Shown here one piece after another: positions 26,440-37,372 of a DNA stretch of 64,000 nt. The DNA is taken from the NCBI GenBank assembly GCA_964409385.1, contig CAYPCY010000002.1, positions 79,941 through 143,940 of the forward strand, written 5' to 3'. The stretch's first letter is position 1; the number at the start of each line of letters is the position of its first letter. The notes under the pieces were generated by a model. It was not told where the DNA came from and searched no databases. It was given only the letters and a program-made list of their open reading frames with translations. This DNA comes from an uncultured Methanosarcinales archaeon (GTDB lineage: Archaea; Nanobdellota; Nanobdellia; Woesearchaeales; CAYPCY01). The translations under genes and the position numbers were made by a program.

Positions 26440-29400
26440 ATGACTAGAATAACAAAACTTGCAATGCATGGTTTCAAGTCTTTTGGGAAAAAGACGGATA
26501 TTTTACTTGGTAATTCTTTCAATTGTATTTTGGGTCCGAACGGTTCTGGAAAGAGCAATGTTTTGGATGGTTTATGTTTTGTTCTTGGAAAAGCTGGCTC
26601 TAAAGGGTTAAGGGCTGAAAAGACTAGTAATTTAATTTACAATGGTGGAAAGTCTAAAAATCCGTATAAAGAAGGAACTGTACAAATATATTTTTCTAAT
26701 GAGAATAATGAGTTTCCTATTCAAGAAAAAGAATTAAAACTTTCAAGAACTGTAAAAAGTAATGGCACTAGTGTTTATAGAATTAATGATCAAACAGTAA
26801 CAAGAACTCAAGTTTTAGATGTTTTAAATGCTGCAAGGATTAATCCAGACGGGTACAATATTATTTTGCAAGGAGATATTGTAAAACTTGTTGAAATGTC
26901 TTCAATAGAAAGGAGGGGAATTATTGAGGAAATCTCAGGAATTTCAGTTTATGAAGAAAAAAAGAACAGGGCATTAAGAGAATTAGGGAAGGTTGAAGAA
27001 ACCTTGAATGAAGCAGATATTATATTAGCAGAAAGAAAATCTTATATTAAGGATTTGAAGAAAGATAGGGATCAAGCTCAAAAGTTTAAGGATTTAGATG
27101 ATAAAATAAAAAGAAACAAAGTAACTTCTTTAACTTTAAGAAAGAACAAGAAGTCTAAAGAACATTCGAATTTTGATTCTAAAATAAAAGTAGAAAGAGA
27201 AAAAGTTTCTAAATTAGAAAATAAAATTTCTCAGTTAAAAAAGCAAGTAGATTCTAAAAAAGAAGAGGTTGAGCTTATTAATAAGCAAGTTGAAGAGTCT
27301 GGAGAAACTACACAGGTTGATATGCACAAACAACTTGACCAGTTAAAAGTTAATTTTGCATTGAACAAACAAAAATTAGAAAACTTAAATTCTGAAATTC
27401 TTAAAATTCAAGAAAGAAAAAAACAATTATCTCAAGACTTAGATAATTACAGAAATAAATCTTCAGGTTTCATCAAGAAAAAAGAAGATTTAGGAAAAGA
27501 AATTTTAATGAAAGAAAAATTAATTTCAGAAATTGAAAATAAAATTAAAAATTTTAAAGAAAATAACAAAATTGATGAGAATATTGACAAAGAACTAGAA
27601 ATTATAGATTCAGAAAACGAAAAGAAACAAGAGAGTATTGAAAGTTTAAGAGTAGAACATCAAAATATGATTAGAGAAAAAGACAAATTAGAATTTAGTC
27701 TTAATTCTATTGATGAAAAAATAGATAAGGTTTTAGAAGTTGAAAAAGAGAATAAGGATCAGATTATAATATTAAGAGAGCTTAAACAAAAATTTAAGCA
27801 AGTAACTATTGAATTAACATCTATATTGAATGAAGAATCAAAGATTTCTTCAGAACTTTCTACGGCAAGGTCAAGACTTATTAGCAAGAAGGAAGATTTT
27901 GCAAAACTTAATGCTAAAAATTCATTGATTTTAGAAAGAAGACATGCAAACGCTGCAGTTAAGAACATTATTGATAATAAAAAAAACTTTCCTGGAGTTA
28001 TTGGAATAGTTTCTGATTTAGGAAGTGTTAATCAAAAGTTTTCAGTTGCTTTAGAAATTGCTGCAGGAAATAAAATAAGAAGTATAGTTACTGAGTCTGA
28101 TGAGTCTGCATCTTCTTGTATTAGATACTTAAAAGAAAAAAGGTTAGGAGTTGCTGCTTTTTTCCCATTGAATAAATTAAAACCAATATTGATACGTTCA
28201 GAATTAAGAAGTTTAAAAGGTCCTGGGATTTTTGGTTTGGCAATAGATCTTGTAGATTTTCAAACTAAATATGATAAAGTTTTTCAACAAGTTTTTGGAA
28301 ATACTTTAGTTGTTGAAAATATTCCTGCAGCAAGGCGTTTAGGAATAGGAAAGACTAGGATGGTAACTCTTGAAGGAGATATTATTGAGGGTTCTGGAGT
28401 TATGATTGGTGGTTTTAGAGGAAGGGCAGTAGGCGGCTTTAAAGAAAAAGAAGTTTCAAAAAATTTAGATTCTTTAAGTGTTGACATTGCAGATTTAGAA
28501 GCTGTAGTTTCAAAACTAGAGAGTGAAAAAGAATCATTAAATTCAAGGATTGAAAGTTTAAGGATTCAAAAGTCAGAATTTGAAGGAGAAATAATAAAAT
28601 TAGAAAAATCATTACATGTTGATTCTGAAGATATTGAAGCATCTCAAGAATTAAAACAAAAAATAAGTAAGGAAATCAATGAGATAGAATCAAAACTTGA
28701 ATCTGGAGAAAGAAGTATTAGAAATATAACTAGAGACTTAACACAATTAAAGATAAAAAAACAGGAAATCAGAAATAAAATTAATGAATTAAGAAATCCT
28801 GCAGTATTGGCAGAACTAAATTCTTTCGAGGAGAAAAGACAAGAATTAAAAGATGAACTTTCAAATCTTAAAGCTGAAATTAAAGCTCAAGAACTCCAAG
28901 AAGAGAGTGTTATGGGTCCAGAAATAAAGAATATTGAAAGAATATTAAAACAACAAGAAAAAGAAGAAGAAGAATTTAAGAATGAAGCAGAACAATTAAA
29001 GAATTCAATCTCATCTGAAAAGAAAAATCTTGAATTTAAGGAGAAAAAACAAAAGGAATTCTATAATAAGTTCAAAGATTTATTTAATAAAAGACAAAAT
29101 ATTAGTGATGAGATTGGGAAGATAGAAGGAGATATTATTCAAAAAGAGGAAAGAATAAGATCTTTAGAAACAAGAGTTAATTCGTTATCTTTAGAAGTTG
29201 CAAGGCTTAATGCAGAAATTTCAGGAATTGATGAAGAACTTTCTCAATTTAAGAATGTGAAGCCTTTCAAAAACAAATCTGAAGAAACTATTGAAAAGGA
29301 AATTCGTGATTTTGAGAATTTAATAAATAATATTGGTTCTGTTAATATGAGATCATTAGAAATTTTTGATCAGGCAGAAACTGAATATTTAGCATTACAA

Positions 29401-29925
29401 GATAAGAAGACAAACTTAACTAAAGAAAGGGAAGATGTTCTTATAATGATTAATCAAATAGAAGATAAAAAGAAAGAATTATTCAGTAAAACCTTCAGGG
29501 CTTTAGAAAATAATTTCAAGGGAATTTTTGAAAGATTAACCACTAAATCTGCAAAGGCGGAATTAGTTCTTGAAGATAAGAATAATCCGTTTAATGGAGG
29601 TCTTGAAATAAAAGTTAAACTTTCTGGTAATAAATTTTTGGATTTAAGAAGTCTTTCTGGAGGGGAGAAAACACTTACTGCTTTAGCATTCTTGTTTGCT
29701 GTCCAAGAGTATCAACCAGCTTCTTTCTATTGTTTGGACGAAGTAGATGCTGCTCTTGATAAAAGAAATTCTGAAAAATTAGCATCTCTAGTTAGAAGTT
29801 ATTCAAACAATGCACAGTATATAATAATAAGTCATAATGATGCAGTTATTAGCGAGGCAGATAATTTATATGGAGTTTCAATGGCAGAAGATGGAATTAG
29901 TAAAGTAACTAGTCTAAAAATCTGA
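26440..29925 (+). CDS. smc: Chromosome segregation protein SMC
   Basis: N-terminal Walker A GPNGSGKSN, long coiled coils, hinge, C-terminal LSGGEK signature plus Walker B DEVDAALD. Confidence 0.9.
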   Translation: MTRITKLAMHGFKSFGKKTDILLGNSFNCILGPNGSGKSNVLDGLCFVLGKAGSKGLRAEKTSNLIYNGGKSKNPYKEGTVQIYFSNENNEFPIQEKELKLSRTVKSNGTSVYRINDQTVTRTQVLDVLNAARINPDGYNIILQGDIVKLVEMSSIERRGIIEEISGISVYEEKKNRALRELGKVEETLNEADIILAERKSYIKDLKKDRDQAQKFKDLDDKIKRNKVTSLTLRKNKKSKEHSNFDSKIKVEREKVSKLENKISQLKKQVDSKKEEVELINKQVEESGETTQVDMHKQLDQLKVNFALNKQKLENLNSEILKIQERKKQLSQDLDNYRNKSSGFIKKKEDLGKEILMKEKLISEIENKIKNFKENNKIDENIDKELEIIDSENEKKQESIESLRVEHQNMIREKDKLEFSLNSIDEKIDKVLEVEKENKDQIIILRELKQKFKQVTIELTSILNEESKISSELSTARSRLISKKEDFAKLNAKNSLILERRHANAAVKNIIDNKKNFPGVIGIVSDLGSVNQKFSVALEIAAGNKIRSIVTESDESASSCIRYLKEKRLGVAAFFPLNKLKPILIRSELRSLKGPGIFGLAIDLVDFQTKYDKVFQQVFGNTLVVENIPAARRLGIGKTRMVTLEGDIIEGSGVMIGGFRGRAVGGFKEKEVSKNLDSLSVDIADLEAVVSKLESEKESLNSRIESLRIQKSEFEGEIIKLEKSLHVDSEDIEASQELKQKISKEINEIESKLESGERSIRNITRDLTQLKIKKQEIRNKINELRNPAVLAELNSFEEKRQELKDELSNLKAEIKAQELQEESVMGPEIKNIERILKQQEKEEEEFKNEAEQLKNSISSEKKNLEFKEKKQKEFYNKFKDLFNKRQNISDEIGKIEGDIIQKEERIRSLETRVNSLSLEVARLNAEISGIDEELSQFKNVKPFKNKSEETIEKEIRDFENLINNIGSVNMRSLEIFDQAETEYLALQDKKTNLTKEREDVLIMINQIEDKKKELFSKTFRALENNFKGIFERLTTKSAKAELVLEDKNNPFNGGLEIKVKLSGNKFLDLRSLSGGEKTLTALAFLFAVQEYQPASFYCLDEVDAALDKRNSEKLASLVRSYSNNAQYIIISHNDAVISEADNLYGVSMAEDGISKVTSLKI

Positions 29926-31020
29926 GAATTCTTTTATTGTCTCAACAATTTCTTTCTTTGTATTTTCAAATTCAAATTTGGTAAGTATTGTTCTTCTTGC
30001 ATTAGTTCCTATTTTTTCTCTTAATTTGTAATTTTTTAATTCTTTAAGTTTTCTGTACAGAAAGAAAGAGTTTTTGAACGGGAAGAAAAAACTATTTTTT
30101 CCATCTTCTATATAATCATTAACAAAACCTACAGGAGTACTAATTACAGGAAGAGAACAAGACATTGCTTCCATAACTGCTAAGCAACTAGTTTCTGTCA
30201 AACTTGGCATTACATAAACATCCATAGAATTCAAGTAAGGGATAACATTATTTTGTTTTCCAACTAAAATAATATTTTTTCTTTCTAGTTTGTCTTTTAA
30301 TTCTTCTAAACCATCCCCAACTATTAATAATCTAGAATTTTTATCATTTAATCTTCTGAATGCCCTAAGAAGAGTTAAAAGATCTTTTTCCCTGGCTATT
30401 CTTCCATGATATCCTATAACATATTTTCCTTCTAATCCTAATTTCTTTTTTAGTTCTCCCTTATTAAGTGCTGGTTTGAATTTTTTAGTATTTACGCCCA
30501 TATGAATTATTTTTTTCTTTGTTTTGAACCCATTCCATTCTAATTTATCAGCAAGATTTTGGGAGGGCAATATTAACAAGTCAGTCTTGTTATAAATCCA
30601 CCTGCTTATTTTTTTGACTAATAATTTGCTGATTATTTTTAGTAGTGATGTCTTTAATGCTTTTGAAGAAAGTTCCCATTCAATAGTGTGAATGTATGAT
30701 ATTATTTTCTTTCCTTGTTTTTTAGCTGCTAGTATTGATAAAAAACCAACCGGTCCTATTGATTGATTAAATATAAAGTCTGATTTAGAAACTTCTTGTT
30801 TTATTGTTTTCCTATCAAATTTTGCAAATTGTATATCTCCAAAGTTTTTTTTAATTGTTTTTATTCTTTTAATATTAAATTTTTTCTCTAATTTTCCGAA
30901 GTCAGGAGCTAATATTTTAACTTGAAATTCTTTTTCTAAACTGGGAAGTATATCCATTAAAAATCTGACTATTCCATCCCAACGAGGTAGGAAACAATCA
31001 GTTGTTATAAGTAATTTCAT
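29914..31020 (-). CDS. Glycosyltransferase family 4
   Basis: GT-B fold with C-terminal E-x7-E-like region. Confidence 0.7.
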   Translation of the reverse strand: MKLLITTDCFLPRWDGIVRFLMDILPSLEKEFQVKILAPDFGKLEKKFNIKRIKTIKKNFGDIQFAKFDRKTIKQEVSKSDFIFNQSIGPVGFLSILAAKKQGKKIISYIHTIEWELSSKALKTSLLKIISKLLVKKISRWIYNKTDLLILPSQNLADKLEWNGFKTKKKIIHMGVNTKKFKPALNKGELKKKLGLEGKYVIGYHGRIAREKDLLTLLRAFRRLNDKNSRLLIVGDGLEELKDKLERKNIILVGKQNNVIPYLNSMDVYVMPSLTETSCLAVMEAMSCSLPVISTPVGFVNDYIEDGKNSFFFPFKNSFFLYRKLKELKNYKLREKIGTNARRTILTKFEFENTKKEIVETIKEFSDF

Positions 31021-31652
31021 CTTACTCTATAGAATACCTCTGCCATTATTCCTTTGTTTGTTATTCCGTTTAGAAAAGACAATAAATAAACATTCCATAA
31101 AAGTCCTAATAAAGAAATTTTTTGACTTTTGAAACAAGATAACGCTTTCTTTTTTATTTCAAAAGTTTTACTTATATCAACAACAAATTTAGGAAAATTT
31201 CTTTTAATATTCACTAAATTCCAAATTCTGAAGGAATAAACTTCACTTTTCACTTTTAATTCATCATAAGCATTTAGAACTTGTTTTTGAACTGCTCTAT
31301 GGTCAGGATGAGGATCGTTTATAGAATGTGTGAATATTTTTTCTGGAGTTTCTTTAAGAATTATTGTTTTTATTGTTTTTATTGTTTTTTCTTTTTTCCT
31401 ATTAAATTTTCCTTCTTCAAGATTGAAAAATTCTACTCCATATCCACCAATTATCTTATCTGCCTTTTCTGCTTCTTTAATTCTCAAATTTCCTATGTAT
31501 GATTCTTTAAGCCAAGGGTTTGCTAATACTCCTTGAGAAAAAATAAATGTCTTAATTTTATAGTTTTTTTGTGCATATTTTGCAAGGGTTCCGCCAGGTC
31601 CTATTATTTGATCGTCTGAATGAGCGCAAAAAACTAATATTGTTTTTTTCAT
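31017..31652 (-). CDS. PIG-L/LmbE-family N-acetylglucosaminyl deacetylase
   Basis: ILVFCAHSDDQIIGPGGT (HxDD motif) and HPDHR motifs. Overlaps the upstream GT4 gene by 4 bp. Confidence 0.6.
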   Translation of the reverse strand: MKKTILVFCAHSDDQIIGPGGTLAKYAQKNYKIKTFIFSQGVLANPWLKESYIGNLRIKEAEKADKIIGGYGVEFFNLEEGKFNRKKEKTIKTIKTIILKETPEKIFTHSINDPHPDHRAVQKQVLNAYDELKVKSEVYSFRIWNLVNIKRNFPKFVVDISKTFEIKKKALSCFKSQKISLLGLLWNVYLLSFLNGITNKGIMAEVFYRVR

Positions 31653-31665
31653 TGCTTTTCTTCTA

Positions 31666-32379
31666 TTATGAAGATTTATATAATTTTGGAATTATTTTAC
31701 TAGTTTCCTGAACTATTAATACACTGACTATCATAGAGAATAATAATAATTGGAGAGCGAGAATTATTAATAATAAATAGTACGAAATATTGTTGGTTCT
31801 AGTAATAAAAACTCCTAAATATGCTGTTGAAAAAATATAAGGAATTAACCCAAAACTTGTTGCTGTTAAAAATGTCGAATATTTCATTTTTGAAAATCCT
31901 GCTATATAACTTAAAGCGTCAACACTAGTAAATGGGTTAAGCCTTAAGAAGAATAAAATAGTTCCTCCGTGTTTTTGTGTTACTCTATCAAATTTAATGA
32001 GTTTTTCATGAGAAATATATCTTTTTAATTTATCTCTTCCTAATTTTTTAGAGATGAAAAAAACTGCTGTTGAAGCCATAATATTTCCAACTAAGGCAAT
32101 TATAAATCCTGTTATTCCACCAAATAATGCTCCAGCAGACGCGTAAATTATGAAGCCAGGCATTGAAAGGAAAACTTCTACAAAAATAAATCCTATGAAT
32201 GGAATTATTGCTAAAATACCATAATTTTCCAAACTTGATTGTAACGCACTAGGATCTTCATTTAATAATACATGAACAAATCCTTCAGATTGATAATTCC
32301 AAAATAGCAAACTTGAAAGTAGTAAGAAAGTTATTATTGTAGTTAATAGATTTTCTCTCAAGAATTTTTCCCACTTCAT
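31666..32379 (-). CDS. DedA/TVP38 family membrane protein
   Basis: Conserved DedA core (GxxxxxG...FxxRxxxxxR-like), multi-TM. Confidence 0.65.
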   Translation of the reverse strand: MKWEKFLRENLLTTIITFLLLSSLLFWNYQSEGFVHVLLNEDPSALQSSLENYGILAIIPFIGFIFVEVFLSMPGFIIYASAGALFGGITGFIIALVGNIMASTAVFFISKKLGRDKLKRYISHEKLIKFDRVTQKHGGTILFFLRLNPFTSVDALSYIAGFSKMKYSTFLTATSFGLIPYIFSTAYLGVFITRTNNISYYLLLIILALQLLLFSMIVSVLIVQETSKIIPKLYKSS

Positions 32380-32454
32380 TACCTTTTTTTGAAATTATTA
32401 ACTATAAAAATCTATTCCCTAAAATTATTAAATGATTACTATTATATACTTTTA

Positions 32455-32931
32455 ATGAAATTCCCTCTTTCGGTTGCTATTGCTGCTTTAATTCATAATA
32501 ATAAAATTTTGATGATTAAAAGAGCTAAAGGTTCTTATTCTGGATTGTGGGGGTTTCCTGGCGGCAAGATAGAATTTGATGAGCATGTTTCTGAAGCTGC
32601 TCTTAGAGAAATTTTTGAAGAGACAGGTATCGAATCGGAATTTAAGAGACATGTAGGATTTGTTTCTGAACATTTAATGGAGAATAAAGAAATAATTAGA
32701 CATTTTTTGCTTCACATTTGTGAATTAACTCCTAAGAATACTAAATTCGTTGAAGGTCGTGAAGGAGAACTTGCCTGGTTTGATCTTGATAATATTAGCA
32801 GGGTGAAAGAACATCTTATTCCCAGTGACTTCCTGATTATTAATAATCTTATTAAAAATGCTGGAAGTACTTATTATAATTGTGTTATTGAAAAATCTGG
32901 AGAGTTTCACGTTCTGAAAAAGTTTGAATGA
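32455..32931 (+). CDS. NUDIX hydrolase
   Basis: Nudix box GFPGGKIEFDEHVSEAALREIFEETGI. Confidence 0.75.
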   Translation: MKFPLSVAIAALIHNNKILMIKRAKGSYSGLWGFPGGKIEFDEHVSEAALREIFEETGIESEFKRHVGFVSEHLMENKEIIRHFLLHICELTPKNTKFVEGREGELAWFDLDNISRVKEHLIPSDFLIINNLIKNAGSTYYNCVIEKSGEFHVLKKFE

Positions 32932-32979
32932 TAATTATTTTGGAAAAACAATGCCTCCAATAAAATCCACTCTGTAAAT

Positions 32980-33399
32980 TTATTTATTGTCTTGCTTTAT
33001 TATTTCCTTTCCAGTAAAGTATTCTAGACTTCCTTGAACTTTGCAGGAATATTTGAATTTTTTTATATTAAAAGTTTCAGGTCCCCTGAACGGGTATTCT
33101 TCAGTTACTTTCATTAATGCTTCTTTTAAGAATGAGTAAGTTTTTTTTGCTTTGCTATGTTGTTTTGGTTTCATTCCTCCAGCGTAGGACATTGTCCAGA
33201 TTGGTTTGTTTTTGTACTTTATTATTGAGATTCCTGGGAATGTGTAAAAACCAGTGTATAATTCTATATACTCGTAATTTCCTTCCTTGAATATTAATTC
33301 TTTAAACCCATCTATTGATGCTTCTACTTCCTTGCCTCCTGCAGCATAAGTGTTTTTATTAGCTTTTACTATGAATTCAGCCAGTTCTTCTAAGTTCAT
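32980..33399 (-). CDS. Hypothetical protein
   Basis: 139-aa ORF with A-ending codon usage; no motif recognised. Confidence 0.4.
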   Translation of the reverse strand: MNLEELAEFIVKANKNTYAAGGKEVEASIDGFKELIFKEGNYEYIELYTGFYTFPGISIIKYKNKPIWTMSYAGGMKPKQHSKAKKTYSFLKEALMKVTEEYPFRGPETFNIKKFKYSCKVQGSLEYFTGKEIIKQDNK

Positions 33400-33483
33400 A
33401 AATTGTTTTTGTTTTCTTCATTTTTTAATCTTCTTTATTTTTCTTCGGAAATTTTTATATATTACCTTCTCATTTCTTACTTA

Positions 33484-35214
33484 ATGGTGAAGTGGGATTT
33501 AAAGAAACTGATTCCTGAAGGTTCTGAAAAGTTAATTTCTGAACTAAAGTATAAGGTTGAAAAATTCAAGAAATATAGAGGGAACATAAATCTTGATAAT
33601 TTCTTTACTATTATGAAAGAGAGTGAAGAAATTAGTGGTTTGGCAAAGAGACTTAATGGTTATTCTTCATTATGGCTTTCTGAAAACACTTCTTCTTCAG
33701 AAAGAAATTCTTATAATTTGAAAGTTTCTCAATTATTAACTGATGTTGAAAATGAATTATTATTCTTTAGTTTATGGTTTAAATCATTGTCTGACAGGGA
33801 GGCGAAAAAGTTTATTGATATTTCTGAAGAGTACTATTATCATTTGGAGTCTATTAGGTTGTTTAAAGATCATACTCTGAAAGAGAAGGAAGAACAAATT
33901 CTTAATTTGAAAGATATTACTGGTGTAGAAGCAATTACTAGATTGTATGATATTATTACTAACAAGTTCAAGTTTTATTGGGATGGTAAAGAAATCACTC
34001 AGTCTGACCTTACTGTTTTTGTCAGGTCTTCAGATCCTAAGATTAGGGAGAAAGCATACAAAACACTATTTGGACCATATTATCGAGAGGAAATGGCTCT
34101 TGGTGAAGTGTATAAAACTATAGTGTTAGATTGGTATAATGAAAATTTGAAATTAAGAAGTTTTAAGACACCCATTTCTGTTAGGAATTTAGCAAATGAT
34201 GTTCCTGACGAGGCTGTTGATGCGTTATTAAATGTTGTCAGGAAAAATACAGGAATATTTCAGGAGTATTTTAAAATTAAAGCTGAACTTTTGGGGATGA
34301 AGAAATTATCCAGGTTTCATTTATACGCGCCAGTTTCTGACTTTGACAAGTCTTACTCTTTCGAAGAGTCTAAAAAGATTGTTTTAGAAACTTACAAGAA
34401 TTTTTCTGAAAAAGCATATTCTTACGCTAAGGAAATTTTCGATCTTGATAATGTTCATTCTGAAATTTCTCTAGGAAAACAGTCTGGCGCTTTTTGTTAT
34501 ACTGTAGTTAAGGATATTGCCCCATTCATATTATTGAATTTTGTGGGTAAACTTAATGATGTTTCTACTATGATGCACGAGTTTGGTCATGGAATTCATG
34601 GTAGGGCTGCAAGAGAACAAACACAATTTACTTTTCATTCGGCATTACCTATGGCTGAGACTGCTTCAATATTTGGGGAAACTTTATTGGAGAATAGGTT
34701 ATTAAAAGAATCTTCTGATAAGGATAAGATTAATTTATTAGTTAATACTATGGATGGTTTTTATGCTTCTATTGTTAGGCAGGTTTTCTTTGTTATTTTT
34801 GAAAAGGAAGCGCATGAGATGATTGCTAATAATGCTACTATTGAAGAATTGAATTCTGCCTACTTGAAAAATTTAAAGGAACAATTTGGTTCGGCCATGG
34901 ACATTCCTGATGATTTCAAGCATGAGTGGAAATACATTCCTCACATTTATCACACTCCTTTCTATTGTTATGCTTATGCTTTTGGTAATCTGTTAGGGTT
35001 GTCCTTGTATAAAATGTATGATCGTGAAGGTAGTGATTTTGCTGAAAAATATATGAGACTATTATCTTATGGTGGTGGTAATTCTCCTGGTAAGATTCTT
35101 AAGGAAATAATGGATGTTGATATTACTTCTGAAAAATTCTGGCAGGATGGTTTTGATATTATTAAGGAAAATCTTGAGGAGTTGAAAAGGCTTGGAAGAA
35201 TTAAAAAAGCTTAA
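33484..35214 (+). CDS. pepF: Oligoendopeptidase F (M3B)
   Basis: HEFGHGIH zinc-binding HExxH motif plus downstream E; length about 576 aa. Confidence 0.8.
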   Translation: MVKWDLKKLIPEGSEKLISELKYKVEKFKKYRGNINLDNFFTIMKESEEISGLAKRLNGYSSLWLSENTSSSERNSYNLKVSQLLTDVENELLFFSLWFKSLSDREAKKFIDISEEYYYHLESIRLFKDHTLKEKEEQILNLKDITGVEAITRLYDIITNKFKFYWDGKEITQSDLTVFVRSSDPKIREKAYKTLFGPYYREEMALGEVYKTIVLDWYNENLKLRSFKTPISVRNLANDVPDEAVDALLNVVRKNTGIFQEYFKIKAELLGMKKLSRFHLYAPVSDFDKSYSFEESKKIVLETYKNFSEKAYSYAKEIFDLDNVHSEISLGKQSGAFCYTVVKDIAPFILLNFVGKLNDVSTMMHEFGHGIHGRAAREQTQFTFHSALPMAETASIFGETLLENRLLKESSDKDKINLLVNTMDGFYASIVRQVFFVIFEKEAHEMIANNATIEELNSAYLKNLKEQFGSAMDIPDDFKHEWKYIPHIYHTPFYCYAYAFGNLLGLSLYKMYDREGSDFAEKYMRLLSYGGGNSPGKILKEIMDVDITSEKFWQDGFDIIKENLEELKRLGRIKKA

Positions 35215-35770
35215 AGAAGAGTATAATGATTGTGAAAGATGTCCATTACTTGTAAAGAATAGAAATAATGTTGTTTTTGGTACGGGGGATAGTTCTAGAG
35301 TTTTAATTATTGGCGAAGCTCCTGGTATGCAGGAGGATTTGAGGAATGAACCTTTTGTTGGAAGGTCTGGTGAAGTTTTGAATTCTTTGCTTGCTGATAT
35401 TGGACTTTCGAGGAGTGATGTGTATATTACTAATACTATTCTTTGTAGGCCTCCTGATAATAGGAATCCTTCTTCTGAAGAGTTAAGGAATTGTAAGTCT
35501 AGGCTTGATAGGCATGTTGAAATTTTAGATCCTGAAGTTATTATTACTCTTGGAAATTTCGCTACAAAGTACATTTTAGGTACTAGTAAGGGTATTACTA
35601 CTATTCATGGTAGAGTTTTCGATATAGGGGGTAGGAAGGTAGTTCCTATGTATCATCCTGCTGTATTGCTTTATTCAGGTAATAATCCTGATAAGAGAAA
35701 AGAGTTACTTAATGATTTCATGACTGTAAAGACTTTGCTTGGTGGGACTGATTTAAGGAGTTTTTTATAA
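35192..35770 (+). CDS. udg: Uracil-DNA glycosylase family 4
   Basis: CERCPL 4Fe-4S cysteines; GEAPG...EPFVGRSG motif. Confidence 0.75.
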   Translation: MEELKKLKEEYNDCERCPLLVKNRNNVVFGTGDSSRVLIIGEAPGMQEDLRNEPFVGRSGEVLNSLLADIGLSRSDVYITNTILCRPPDNRNPSSEELRNCKSRLDRHVEILDPEVIITLGNFATKYILGTSKGITTIHGRVFDIGGRKVVPMYHPAVLLYSGNNPDKRKELLNDFMTVKTLLGGTDLRSFL

Positions 35771-35808
35771 TTCTAAATATTTTTAATTAGGAAGTAAATC
35801 CTAATAGT

Positions 35809-36189
35809 ATGATTAGAATATTCCTGGATACTATGTTCTTAATGATGCCTTTCCAGTTCAATGTAGATATATTTTCAGAATTGAATAGGTTGTTTGGAGA
35901 TTATGAAGCTTGCATTTCTAGCATTACATTTAAAGAATTAGACAATATTGAGAGTAAAGAATCTAAAGGTTCAGATAAATTAATTGTTAAGGCGGTAAGA
36001 AAGCTTATTGAACAAAAGAATTTGACAATTATTGAGTCTAATGAGCGTTTGGTTGATGATTTCCTTGTTGAAAACGCGGAAGATTTTGACTTTGTAGCTA
36101 CTCAAGATAAGGAATTAAAGAAAAAACTTAAAAACAGAACCAAATTCATTGTTTTGAGATCAGGTAAATATTTAGAAAATGTTTTATAA
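35809..36189 (+). CDS. PIN-domain protein (upstream of rpoE)
   Basis: Acidic residues in IFLDTMFLM and ATQDKEL; its position ahead of rpoE-spt4 is typical of archaea. Confidence 0.55.
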   Translation: MIRIFLDTMFLMMPFQFNVDIFSELNRLFGDYEACISSITFKELDNIESKESKGSDKLIVKAVRKLIEQKNLTIIESNERLVDDFLVENAEDFDFVATQDKELKKKLKNRTKFIVLRSGKYLENVL

Positions 36190-36748
36190 AGTTAAGGTTA
36201 AGGATCATATAAGATTTCCTCCTGAAAGGTTTTCGGGGGATGTTACTGAAGGCATTCTTAATGAAATTAGAAAATCTTATGAAGGCTATACTTCTAAAGA
36301 TCTTGGTTTGGTAATGGATGTAACTGAAGTTTTTAATATTGGTGAAGGAATTATTGTTCCTGGTGATGGTGCTAGTTATTATGAAACTGAATTTGAACTT
36401 GTTAGTTTCAAGCCTGAATTGCATGAGGTTGTTATTGGTAGAATTAAGGATATTGCTGACTTTGGCGCTTTCTTGAATTTTGGTCCTGCGGACGGTATGA
36501 TTCATGTTAGTCAAACAATGAATGATTTTGTTTCTTTCAGTAAGGATAAGGTATTAACAGGTAAGGACACTAAAAGATTACTAAAAGTTGGAGATGTGTG
36601 TAAGGCTAAGATGATTGCAATTTCTTTTAAGGATAATTCGCCTAAGATTGGTCTTACAATGAGACAAGTTGGTCTTGGAAGGCAAGAGTGGATTGATGAG
36701 GATTTAGCTCCTAAAAAAACTATTACTAAAAAAGAGGTTAAAAAATAA
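36179..36748 (+). CDS. rpoE: DNA-directed RNA polymerase subunit E (Rpo7)
   Basis: Rpb7-like N-domain plus S1 domain (VVIGRIKDIADFGAFLNFGP). Confidence 0.85.
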   Translation: MFYKVKVKDHIRFPPERFSGDVTEGILNEIRKSYEGYTSKDLGLVMDVTEVFNIGEGIIVPGDGASYYETEFELVSFKPELHEVVIGRIKDIADFGAFLNFGPADGMIHVSQTMNDFVSFSKDKVLTGKDTKRLLKVGDVCKAKMIAISFKDNSPKIGLTMRQVGLGRQEWIDEDLAPKKTITKKEVKK

Positions 36749-36749
36749 A

Positions 36750-36938
36750 ATGAAAAAGGACAAAGTTTGTAAGTCTTGCAAATTATTTGTTGATGGTAAT
36801 GTATGTCCTGTTTGTAAGAAAAATTTATTTTCTACAAATTGGCAGGGGAAGATTTACATGTTAGACACTAAAAATTCTAAAATTGCTAATGAGATTGGAA
36901 TTAAAGAAAAAGGAGAATATGCTATTAAAGTAAGTTGA
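36750..36938 (+). CDS. spt4: Transcription elongation factor Spt4 (RpoE2)
   Basis: 62 aa, CKSC...CPVC zinc ribbon, conserved position after rpoE. Confidence 0.8.
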   Translation: MKKDKVCKSCKLFVDGNVCPVCKKNLFSTNWQGKIYMLDTKNSKIANEIGIKEKGEYAIKVS

Positions 36939-37372
36939 AAATGAAATTATTAACTCAAGAAAAAAATGATGTGTTTGGAAGGGAAGATTCTGTATTTCGG
37001 ATTTCTTATTCCGGAGCTACTCCTGATAGGAATTCTTTAAAGGAAGATATTGCTAAACAATTGAAGATAAAGTCTGATTCTTTAGTAATTAGAAAGATAG
37101 AACCAAAATTTGGTAAGAGTGAATCTTTAGTTTATGTTACTTCATATAAGAATAAGAAAGATTTAGAGACTTTAGAACTTAAACATTTAATTTCTAAGAA
37201 TAATAAGGAAGTTAAGAAGAAAGAAGAACCTAAAGAAGAAGTGGTTGAAGAATCTAAGGAAGAAAAGTCTGAAGAGGATTCTACTAATGAAACTAAAGAA
37301 GAAATAGTTGAAGAAAGTAAAGAAGAAGAACCTTCTGAAGAGAAAAAAGAAGCGGTAGAGGAGTCAGAATGA
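36935..37372 (+). CDS. rps24e: Ribosomal protein S24e with acidic C-terminal extension
   Basis: S24e core (LLTQEKNDVFGREDSVFRISYSGATPDRNSLKE) followed by a long E/K-rich tail. Confidence 0.8.
   Translation: MKMKLLTQEKNDVFGREDSVFRISYSGATPDRNSLKEDIAKQLKIKSDSLVIRKIEPKFGKSESLVYVTSYKNKKDLETLELKHLISKNNKEVKKKEEPKEEVVEESKEEKSEEDSTNETKEEIVEESKEEEPSEEKKEAVEESE

Noticed and set aside
27100-29300. Repetitive AAG/GAA-rich tracts, as possible CRISPR or tandem repeats
   Set aside because: They lie inside the SMC coiled-coil coding region (K/E-rich heptads). There is no repeat-spacer periodicity anywhere in the window, so no CRISPR array.
31281-31536. Plus-strand ORFs 31281-31502 and 31330-31536
   Set aside because: Hydrophobic low-complexity reading frames antisense to the PIG-L deacetylase gene.
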